From: the human T2T-CHM13v2.0 reference genome, Homo sapiens | Strand: one strand, 5' to 3' | DNA: 64,000 nucleotides | NCBI RefSeq assembly: GCF_009914755.1 | Contig: NC_060937.1 | Shown here: positions 51,024 through 64,000 of the stretch, one piece after another | Numbering within the stretch: the stretch's first letter is position 1 | Layout: each line of letters begins with the position of its first letter | Program-made: the position numbers and the translations under genes | The notes under the pieces: generated by a model | What the model saw: only the letters and a program-made list of their open reading frames with translations | Told to the model about the DNA's origin: nothing | Database searches by the model: none

Positions 51024-52908
51024 TAGCCAGGATAGTCTCGATCTCCTGACATCATGATCCGCCCACCTCGGCCTCCCAAAGTGCTGGGATTACAGGCGTG
51101 AGCCACCGCACCTGGCCAAGTATCTATGTTTTTAACTGTCGTACTCTAAATTATTTCCAAGTTTTTTGTTGTTTTTGTTTTTGTTTTTAGTTTGAATATC
51201 TTTTAAAACGTGTATAAAGCAGCTTTTTTGTGATAAATGCTTTTACAGGCAGAGACTTCCCTTAGAATAATTGTTTCAACAAAATTCCCTGCAATACACA
51301 TCATATTTTCCTAGTAAAAAGCAGTTTAACTTTAGGATAGGCAGCATCCAGTGGTGAAAAGATGAGAGTCAACTGGGTAGAGTATTACTATTGTACTTAT
51401 TTATTTCAGCTTAGGAAGTCCCATGAATACAGGAAAAGTCAACCAAAATCTGTATTCACTGTGCAGTAGTAATGATGGCCCCTTACATGTATGTGAAACA
51501 TAGCACCTCTGAGCTCTGTTACTTTAATCAACTTTATTAGCAGTCCCAGAGGTGTATTATATTACAGTTGCAGAAAGGGAGATTGAAGATTGAGTGATTT
51601 GTCTGAGGTTATGTAGCCAGTTAATGGACTGGGGTTAATTACCATTGTTTTCATTCTTCCCAGTGCATTATACTACCACCTTTTCTTTAAAAAAGCTGAA
51701 ATTGGCTGGGTGCAGTGGCTCACACCTGTAATCCCAGCACTTTGGTGGGCAGAGGCAGGCAGATCACCTGAGGTCAGGAGTTCGAGACCAGCCTGACCAA
51801 CATGTTGAAACCCCGTCTCTATTAAAAATACAAAAATTAGCCGGGCCTGGTGGCAGACACCTATAATGCCAGCTACTCGGGAAGCTAAGCGAGGAGAATC
51901 TCTTGAACCTGGGAGGTGGAGGTTGCAGTGAGCTGAGATCACGTCATTGCGCTACAGCCTGGGCAACAGAGCAAGACTCCATCTCAAAAAAAATAAAAAG
52001 CTGAAATTATTCTCCTGAAAGACTTGGAGTCAGTATAAACTACTAGGTTAATAAAAGTAAAAATTAAAGATTTTTGGCTTTAGAATATATATGCATTTTT
52101 GAGACTTAATCCCATTGTTAAAAATGACTGATTTCTGGCTTTAATACTGTCTTGAAGTATATGAAAGTAATCTTTCACTGGAAATCACCTGATAACGGCT
52201 GAAGAGAAGACCAGGGCTAGGTCGAATTTCCTTTTTGGTTCAGTTACTGTAATGTGCTGCTACCTGTCCTTTCATTTGCCCTGCAAATGGCACTTAAATT
52301 TATACAGTTTAAGAAACTTTGTTTTCTAAACTAGATGAATAAGATTTTCTCATTTGTGAAACAGCATAAATATATTTTCAGGGTGAGATTTTTTTAAGTC
52401 TAAAAACCTGTTCTGAAGATAATTTATAGTTTCATTTTTATAGTATTGTCTTTACATAGTAAAGATAATGCACATGAAATACACTACTGATCCTCCAGTT
52501 CTAAGCCAGGATAAGTCCAAATGCTTTTATGCCCACATTCCTTTGGCTTTCAGAGAAGACAATAGAATTGAGTTTCACATAGCTATGCATAGTTTTTGGC
52601 AGTGCAGTTTGCACCCCTTTAAGGGTGAATAAACTCACAGTGGGGAAGATTATACATTCTCTGCACCCTTTTCAGTTTTCTATGTTCTGTTCATTGATAG
52701 GTTTGAAGACTGTATTTCTAGGAAATGAAATACATGAGGCTCTTTCAATACTGCTTTTACTGGAGTGTTGAAAGTGTCAGAAGCTATTTCTGAGAACAGT
52801 TTTTAGCCAGTAGCGGGTGGGGGTGGTCTTGAAAAATAAGATTCAGGCTGGGCACAGTGGCTCACGCCTGTAATCTTAGCATTTTGGGAGGCCCAGGCGG
52901 GCGCATCA

Positions 52909-53165
<257 letters not shown>

Positions 53166-53381
53166 CTAAACTATGGTGGATCATGATAAAAACATTTACT
53201 CTTTTTTCTTTTCTAAGCTGCAGAGTTTTTAACCCCTAATTTCAATTCCACATTTAAAGACAGCTTGAATTCTTTCTCAGTCTTAGTTTAATAATAATAT
53301 GGTTAGAAGTATGTCTGTAGAGTATACTATTTCTTTTGTGTTTCAGATATATTGAGTACATAATTCTGTTTATGTGTTTAG

Positions 53382-53488
53382 CAATGCAGTTGCAGGCGAG
53401 AGTGCTCTAGATCGAATGGCTTGCGGACTTGGTGGAAAGCTCGTTCTGCCGATGATCAAGGAACACATTATGCAAATGCTTCAAAATC
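53382..53488 (+). CDS. IPO5: Importin-5 exon [19 protein letters not shown]...MQMLQN
   Basis: tag|C ... AATC|gtaagc; 107 nt. Confidence 0.97.
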
Positions 53489-54189
53489 GTAAGCTGTGTC
53501 CTTCAAATGCTAGAAGAGTGAAGTTGTGCCCTTTCTAAAGCTTAAATTCTAAGATATGTTTAGACTGTTAAAAATTAATCTTTGTCTTTTTATCATCCAT
53601 ATTTAACCCAATTCATTTATTTTACCGATAAAATTGTCAATCCCAAAGAAAATGTACAGATTTACTTCCTAGCCAAAAGTATTTAGATTTGAATTTGAAA
53701 ATGATGTTATTATTTGAATTTTTATGGAATATTAGAATGTTTGAATCATATACTCTTCTTTCACCCAATATCTTTTATTTTTAAAAGAAGAAACTCTATC
53801 TAATGTTATCAAAAGAGAAACCACTTCTTTCTTTCTGTTTTTGCCCCTGACGGAGGTGATGGTGGAAGCCCACCTGCCCTGGAGGGCAGCTGTTGTTGTT
53901 GACACAGGATTTCGCCATGTTGCCCAGGCTGGTCTCAAACTCCTGGCCTCAAGCAGTCCTCCTGCTTCAGCCTCCCAGAGTGCTTAGATTATAGGCATGA
54001 GCTACCACACCTGGCCATCCTTCCTTTTTATTTCTATGAATATTTCAGTTACCTTTGTACCTGTAATATATATATCAATCCCAAAGTTTATTGTTGTATG
54101 TGTTTTATTTTCATTTGTGTTTTTTAATTATAAAGTTAATGTGTTCTTTTGTTAAATTAAAATTCAGAAGTATTAAGTTAGAAATTTGT

Positions 54190-54756
<567 letters not shown>

Positions 54757-55309
54757 TGATACATACTTTTAGAATCAAGTAGTCACGCACTTTTTCTGTT
54801 CATTTTTCTAAAAAGTAAATATACAAATGTTTTGTTTTTTGTTTTTTTTGTTTGTTTGTTTCTGTTTTTTTTTTGAGACAGAGTCTCGCTCTTTCGCCCA
54901 GACCAGAGTGCAGTGGCGCGATCTCGGCTCACTGCAAGCTCCGCCCCCCCGGGTTCACACCATTCTCCTGCCTCAGCCTCCCGAGTAGCTGGGAATACAG
55001 GCGCCTGCCACCGTGCCCGGCTAATTTTTTGTATTTTTAAGTAGAGACGGGGTTTCACCACGTTAACCAGGATGGTCTCGATCTCCTGACCTTGTGATCC
55101 GCCCGCCTCAGACTCCCAAAGTGCTGGGATTACAGGCGCGAGCCACCGCGCCCGGCCTATACAAATGTTTTTATATTATATATACATATACCCTTTTCAA
55201 AAAAGTTTTGTTACTCTTTTCCAAATAAGAACTTTTATACATCTCCCTCTACCAGAATGACATGTTTATAGTGTGTAATTGCTATTCCATCTGTAATTTT
55301 TTTCGGTAG

Positions 55310-55434
55310 CTGACTGGAAATACCGGCATGCAGGATTGATGGCCTTATCTGCCATTGGTGAAGGGTGCCACCAGCAAATGGAAGGAATTCTAAATGAGAT
55401 CGTAAATTTTGTTTTACTTTTTCTCCAGGATCCT
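55310..55434 (+). CDS. IPO5: Importin-5 exon [20 protein letters not shown]...FLQDP
   Basis: tag|CT ... CCT|gtaagt; 125 nt. Confidence 0.97.
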
Positions 55435-55526
55435 GTAAGTACCAGTAAATATTTGATTCAAAATGATTAGTGTAGCTTCATGTGGAAACCTTCTTGCTTT
55501 TACTAATGAAAGGGAACATTTTCCAG

Positions 55527-55616
55527 CATCCAAGAGTAAGGTATGCAGCCTGTAATGCCGTGGGACAGATGGCTACAGATTTTGCACCTGGTTTCCAAAA
55601 GAAATTTCATGAGAAG
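55527..55616 (+). CDS. IPO5: Importin-5 exon [30 protein letters not shown]
   Basis: cag|CAT ... AAG|gtaagt; 90 nt; HEAT repeat motif. Confidence 0.97.
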
Positions 55617-55706
55617 GTAAGTAACAAGTCCTCAAACACTTAAATCAGACTTTAGGAAGAAGGGTGGACATTTCAACATGTGTGCCCATTTGGTTTCATT
55701 TCACAG

Positions 55707-55880
55707 GTGATTGCAGCTCTGCTGCAGACCATGGAAGACCAAGGCAATCAACGTGTGCAGGCCCATGCAGCTGCTGCCCTCATTAACTTTACTGAAGACT
55801 GTCCCAAGTCACTACTTATTCCATACTTGGATAATTTGGTGAAACATCTGCATTCCATTATGGTACTGAAGCTTCAAGAG
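55707..55880 (+). CDS. IPO5: Importin-5 exon [25 protein letters not shown]...LKLQE
   Basis: cag|GTG ... GAG|gtaagt; 174 nt. Confidence 0.97.
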
Positions 55881-56370
55881 GTAAGTTTTAAGATCTGTAG
55901 GCTGCTTTCTGTTTGTAGATTAATTTGGGTTGATTTGATGGGTAAGAACTGGAGAAAGAGGGACTTGCAGCATGACCATAAAGAATATAAAGTACAAAAA
56001 CTGAGGAGGCTATTCGGAGTTGTGGAATGATGAGTAGAGAAATTCAGATTGACCAAAATGTGGGCTGATAATTGGAATTGGGAAAGATACAGCTAAAGGT
56101 CAGGTAAAATCAGTGTATATGGATCACCCTGAAAATAAGGCAGAGAAGTTTTTGAACTCTGATTTATGTAAAGTGTGAAAAACCATTCTGTGTTCTTAAA
56201 TGCTGCAGGAAATTATCATATGGTAAAAAATTAGTGTGGTAGCATTGGGTGAGGCATACACAAAAAAGGGAGAAGATTTAAGGCAAGACCATCATACTGT
56301 CATCGTCCAGGGAGCTTAGATAGTAATAGTGGAAGAGGTGATTCTAAAAGACATTTCATGGGAAGCATTA

Positions 56371-56688
<318 letters not shown>

Positions 56689-57766
56689 TCAAAAAAAAAA
56701 AGATGAAAGAGAAGAAATTAAAAAACATTGAGTATTCTAACCAGAGTGGCAGAAATACAGAAGTTGTAGAAGCAACATCATTTTTGAGTATCCAAGTAAA
56801 AATGATTATAGTTACAGCTGAAATAAGGGATGCAACCTGAAAACAATTGAATGATGTTAGTCCAGCACAGTGTGTGAGAGATGTAGATGCGAAAAGCAAG
56901 GATTTTAGCCCAGTTTATTGTCAAATGTTTATTGTCAAATGCAATGAAAATGGATTACTACTATAAAAATGAAATGAATAGAAGGCATAGAAAATAAAAG
57001 ATAAACCTGCTCTCAAATTGCTATAAAAGTTTCTAATGCCCTCAATTCCTATACTTAATATGAACTGGTAGCAAATAGTTAACAAACCACAGTTTGCATA
57101 GCACTGGCAATTGGTCAGAGAGCAAGATAAACAAGAAATGCAATGTCTCAGAAGCCAAAGACAGAGGACTTATAAACAAAGGCCCAAGTGCTCAGTATCA
57201 GATGACAGCAGACTAAGAATATGATAAAGGAAACATTCGTGTGCCCGAAGGCAGACCGAGGTGGACCCAAGTTGAAGGCAGATTGGTTGGTTGGTTAAAT
57301 CAGTAATGGATGGATCCAACATGACTTTACAGGTTTGGGTGGATGGCTGTGGTATGATAGTCTGTGTGTACCCCTGCCCTTCCTTCCTGCAGTGAGGCAC
57401 TATATGGGTTTTTAAAGATAAGTGGAAGGAGTTGTTGGGATGGGATGGTAGGAGGACAGTGTTCACGAGGAAGAGTTGTACGAAGAGAAGGTAGCCTAGC
57501 AGAGGAGGAAAGACATTTCCTCTGGGGCCAGCAGCACAGTCCACACTAAACATGGAGCAGAGGTTGAGGTACAGAAGCAGAAAGTAAGATGGCTTTCTCA
57601 AGACATAGTTGAATGTGTAACACAAGTTAAAGAACTCTGCTGAGAGTGTGGGTGTAATTGACGTGGGGAATTATGAAAATCTGGAGTAGTAACTGGCTCA
57701 GGTTCATATGAGTTAATATTTTATTTTATTTTATTTTATTTATTTATTTATTTATTTTTATTTTGA

Positions 57767-57958
<192 letters not shown>

Positions 57959-58209
57959 TGAACACCTGACCTCAAGTCATCCGCCCACCTGGGCCTCCCA
58001 AAGTGCTGGGATTACGGGTGTGAGTCACCGTGCCTGGCTTCTTTTTTTTTTTTTCCCCAGACAGAGTCTTGCTCTTGTCAACCCAGCTGGGATGTAGTGG
58101 CGCAATCTCGGCTCACTGCAACCTCTGCCTCCCCAGTTCAAGCAATTCTCCTTCCTCTGCTTCCGGAGTAATGGGATTACAGGGGTGTGCCACCACACCT
58201 GGCTAATTT

Positions 58210-58244
<35 letters not shown>

Positions 58245-58964
58245 GTAGAGACAGGGTTTCACCATGTTGGCCAGGCTGGTTTTGAACTCCTGACTCAGGT
58301 GATCCGCCTGCCTCAGCCTCCCAGAGTCCTGGGATTACAGAAGAATTATTTTAAAATATTGCTGGTGACAGGACGGGCCCAGCAGCAAATAGTTAGTAAG
58401 CATTTGTTACTAGCTGGGTCAGAGAACACCAGATCTTTGGTGCAGAGAAAAAGGTCATCTCATCTGTTTCAGCAAGACAGATGCAAGAGAAGGCAGCAGG
58501 GTTCCTTCGTGCGATCTTCTGGGGAGAGGGGGTTAGAAGATAAAGGAAGGGGCCAAAGAGGGAATTTTCTTTATGACGTAGTAAGACAGCACAAAATATA
58601 ATCATAAGTAGAGGAAATCAGTGAAGAAAAAAATGAGGATGAAGTGTAGGCATTAAAGTTGATGAACACAAAAATTTTGATTCCGTATCTGTACTCAAGA
58701 ATTAGCTGTGCTTTGAGATGAGACTAACATGAGTTAGAGGTGTTGTGTTAATAGAAGAGAGAAAAAAAAAATCTCACATAAATAGTTCAACATAGATTCT
58801 TTTTATAGAAATTTCCTCCAAAACCTACAGTCTCTGCTTCTGGAGAGGTGGTCTCATTCTGCTGTTTCAGAAAAGCATTCAAGAACTTGAAGGGAGTAGT
58901 AATTGTAAATTTAAATACTTCTTCCAGTTTTCCTTTGAAGTAATAATTTGTGTCTTCCTTCTAG

Positions 58965-59911
<947 letters not shown>

Positions 59912-60884
59912 TAGCCCTGATCTCCTGACCTCAAGCAGTCTGCTCACAGGTGTGAGCCACCGCGCCCAGCCCGTCTTTTCATTGTTAATATTAAGGTTTC
60001 TTTTTAGCTCAGCTGTGCTCCTGATGCCTCCTCCTTTCCCCACCACACACAGTGCATCTCGTGGGAGGTGTGTGGAAGTCAGTATCCATGTTCGTTCCCT
60101 TTAAATATGTGCTTGGAAACATGTCACTTGCTTTCCTATTAATCTAAAATGCATCAAGTGTTCTAAGAGAGAAATCTATGCATATAGATCTTCAGAAAAT
60201 AATTACCAAGGACCATTGGCCAGTGTGTTTCTCAGCCAACATCTCAGAATTGTTCAAGCTAATGCAAAAGAAGTTTCTCTGTCATTGAATCCTCATGTTC
60301 TGACCCTGAGAATTATCAACAGAGAAGCTCTGTCTTGCCTTCTTCAAAACCAGCATCAGTATTAATTTATATTTGGAACTGGTTTCTGTGAGACGCTGAC
60401 CACTAAAACATTGGTATGTTTTTTACCAATAAAATATTTGTATGTCCCATACTCTATATATCTGGCTTTCAATGTCTCTTTAAAACGCTGCCTGTTTATA
60501 CAATGGAGATTACCAGAACTGCAAAGAGTTAAGTGAAAATCATAGACAAAATTTTATGCAGTGAATTCTATAAACAATCTAAAATTTTCTTTCTGAATTT
60601 GAATTCAGTTTTACTGCTTGAAATGCGTAAGCCATAGACTAACACCTGATGCCATTAGAAGTACCTTTATACTGTAGTTCCCTGCCCTTCAGTGGAAAAT
60701 ATATTTTTCTAGAAAGTGAACTAAATCTGTCACAATATAGATGAGAATTTTTCAATATGATAGTTTATCTATGAAAGTTATGACCTATGTGGGCAATGTA
60801 GTCGATTTTTTGGCAAAGCTTTGCTAATTACACAAGAAACAAAATTCGGTATCAACAAGTGTGTCTCTACATATTTTCCTCTAG

Positions 60885-60968
60885 TTCATGCAGGATGCAT
60901 CAGATGTGATGCAGCTTTTGTTAAAGACCCAGACAGACTTCAATGATATGGAAGATGATGATCCTCAG
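60885..60968 (+). CDS. IPO5: Importin-5 exon [28 protein letters not shown]
   Basis: tag|TTC ... CAG|gtaagt; 84 nt. Confidence 0.97.
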
Positions 60969-62706
60969 GTAAGTGGTCTTAATGCATTTGCTTTGATCCG
61001 CTAATGAGTTGTGGACAGCACATGGTTCAATATATTTAAAACAAAAGGAGTGATAGGTTTCTTGACATACTATCAACCCCTGCTAGCAGAGACATTCTTC
61101 ACTGATTTTCCTTCTGTTTCTCAAGCTACTTTTTCTCAGTCTGTTGTAGGTTGCTCTTGCTTTCTGTGACTCTCACTCAAGTTTTGGTGTTTGTGGGTTC
61201 TATCCAAGGCTCTCTTCTCACTCCTGTGGAGCAGTGTCACTCACAGACATGGCTTCCGGTTTCCTCTGTGTGCTTGCAACTTTCAGATCTTCAGAATTGA
61301 AGATTCATTTATCCAACATGTAATAGACATCTCCATTTGGGTGTCTCCTAGCCCTTTGAAGGCTGCATGATCTCCCTCCCCTGGCAGAAAATACAGAACC
61401 CAAGAATCTCAGGACACACTGCTTGCCTCTCCGCCAACGAACAGACAAAGGCATTTCATTAGGAGGAACCCCTGCCTCTCGACACACACGCACATACACA
61501 CATAGGTATACATACCCAGCTAACGCTTGCTCACAGTTCTCATCCTTTACAAGATTTTCCTGATCTGCTCAGTCTCAATGGTGGGCAGTTCCAACACTGT
61601 TATAGTAACATCATAAATGTTTGTCATATCTTGATGGTATTCCCAATGCCTAACATATAACAAGGCACTCAATAAATAATTGTTGAATTAAATTTTGACT
61701 TTACATTGCCACACTGTAATAGTTTAAATAGGAAAACATACCATTTTGCAAAGAAAGCATGTTTTGTTGTTGTTTGCTTTCTTTGCAAAATGATATGCAA
61801 ATATACATGTATGTTTTGTATGTACAGAGATAACAGGCAGGAGGGATACTTAGCAGACTGCTGACAGTAGGGAGACTGAGGGGACTGTAAGCTGTAGGGA
61901 GGGGTGGTAAGGACGAGGCGTGTTGCTCACCTTTGTATCAGCCAGCATATAGTTTAATGCCTGGCATGTGAGAAACACCCAGTACCTATCTGAAGAGCGG
62001 GTGGACTTTTACATATAAAATCATTAAGAGGTGGGGCATGTGTCCATGCATGCTCAATAGATAAATAGGTAGGTGGATGACAGATATCAGGGGATAAGAA
62101 TCACTTTCTAGGTTGCAGGGGTGGTGAATGGAACCAGATTCTCTAGGTAATTTGCAGATGATAAAGTCTGTGTAAACACAGTAATAGGAGAAGAGGTGTT
62201 TTAAATATACTCAGCCACTTATGAGAAAATTATAACAGCTAAGAGAAAAGGATGTTTTGTTTCTTGGGTTTTAATAAATGTTTAATGAATGGAGTGGCAG
62301 GCAATAGGGATACAGAGTCAGATAAAATACATTTCTGTCTTCAAAAAATTTGTAACTGGGAGTTGATGAAGTGTTTGGTTTTGTTTAGGTGATTAGTTTC
62401 ATTTAGATGATTCAGATGCTAAGAAAGAAAACCATTATCACTTACTGAAAGTAGAAAGAAATACCCAAGGTTCTGGTCTTTGTGTTTTGCCTCACCTGCT
62501 GTCCATATCCCAGTGTAGTGAGTTCACAGGGATTTCATTATTGATTCTGAACCTTTTAAGTACATAACCTTTAGAAATGCTCTTACTGCTTAAAGTACTG
62601 TGAACATATCAATAAAACATTGTTTCTATGAAATAAGGAAATGGCTTTCTTTATCACGTTTACCCATTGTTTTTTAATCTATTTTAATTTTAAAATTTTT
62701 CCCCAG

Positions 62707-62839
62707 ATCTCTTACATGATCTCAGCATGGGCCAGAATGTGCAAAATCCTTGGAAAAGAATTTCAGCAATACCTTCCAGTGGTTATGGGGCCTTTAATGA
62801 AGACGGCTTCAATTAAGCCCGAAGTAGCCCTTTTAGATA
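62707..62839 (+). CDS. IPO5: Importin-5 exon [19 protein letters not shown]...VALLD
   Basis: cag|ATC ... GATA|gtaggt; 133 nt. Confidence 0.97.
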
Positions 62840-62928
62840 GTAGGTGTCTTTAGAAGGAGCTATCGGTTATAATAGTTCTCTCTTTGTTATTATTTTTCAT
62901 ATGCATTTGTTTTCTTCTCCGTTAATAG

Positions 62929-63050
62929 CCCAAGACATGGAGAATATGAGTGATGATGATGGTTGGGAATTTGTGAACCTTGGAGATCAGCAAAGCTTTG
63001 GTATTAAAACTGCAGGACTAGAAGAAAAATCAACTGCTTGCCAGATGTTG
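62929..63050 (+). CDS. IPO5: Importin-5 exon [16 protein letters not shown]...STACQML (gene continues past window)
   Basis: tag|CC ... TTG|gtaaga; 122 nt; cumulative CDS from 29541 is 2055 nt = 685 codons with no stop. Confidence 0.97.
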
Positions 63051-63602
63051 GTAAGAGAGCACTGTTTTTACTAAACTTTTATTTTACATCTTATATACAT
63101 TTCATATGAGTGCTTTTAATAGCTGCTAAAGAAATTACTTTGGAGAGCCAGTAATATGTTCCTTAAAAAGTAAAGTTTTCTTTCCATTTTAAAGAAATCG
63201 TATGGATAAACCTTTCATTATCAGTGCTGTTTTAAATAGCAAAAAACAACAAATAGCCCAAATTCCTGTTAGTGGGAAGATGAATTACTGTGCCTTGGAG
63301 TAATATACAGCCATTACAAAAAGTTTATAAGCTACATGAGGGAAGGATTTTTGTTGGTTTTGTTCTTAGTCTATAGTAGGTGGCCATGGAATGTTTTTTA
63401 AACAAATGAACAGAAGTGTGTTCATGCTATTTAATGTGAAACAAAACTTGTATGATTTCAATTGTGTAAAAAAACAGATATGGCAGGAAAATCAAAATGT
63501 TCGGTTATTATCCCTTATGGTGTTTGTGGTGTGCATATGCATGTTTAGTTCCTAGTTTTCTTTTTGTTTTCTTTATGAGCATGCGTTTTAAAGTGAAGGA
63601 TA

Positions 63603-63918
<316 letters not shown>

Positions 63919-64000
63919 TAAAGTTAGATTTTAGAAATTAATGTATTTCTTATTGTCATCTTCAATACTTAGTATCTATAAATTATAAACACTTTGGATT

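Overview
Primate (human-like) genomic DNA, very rich in Alu elements (about 65 copies or fragments by eye count), containing the 5' two-thirds of IPO5 (importin-5/RANBP5/KPNB3) on the + strand. I traced three upstream exons (ending 6549; 6952-7031; 22568-22675) and 17 downstream coding exons from ATG 29541 to 63050. All introns are GT-AG and splice into one uninterrupted 685-codon frame; the gene continues beyond the window. There are two candidate promoters: a distal non-CpG one with clustered CRE sites (about 6.3-6.85 kb) and a CpG island (about 28.65-30.1 kb). A 5'-truncated processed ferritin light chain pseudogene lies antisense in an intron. Repeats include two THE1 solo LTRs, an MLT2 LTR, an old L1M carrying a twin-primed inverted L1PA, several DNA-transposon fossils and a young AluYa5. 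Almost all ORFs in the supplied track are Alu, L1 or GC-rich artefacts. I found no new protein-coding or CRISPR-like system. The most interesting signal is regulatory: one pyrimidine tract may serve both as 3' splice site and as TCT/5'TOP start site, and the distal transcript carries uORFs, one overlapping the start of an 18-aa N-terminal extension. Repeat subfamily names are from recalled consensus sequences and need RepeatMasker confirmation.
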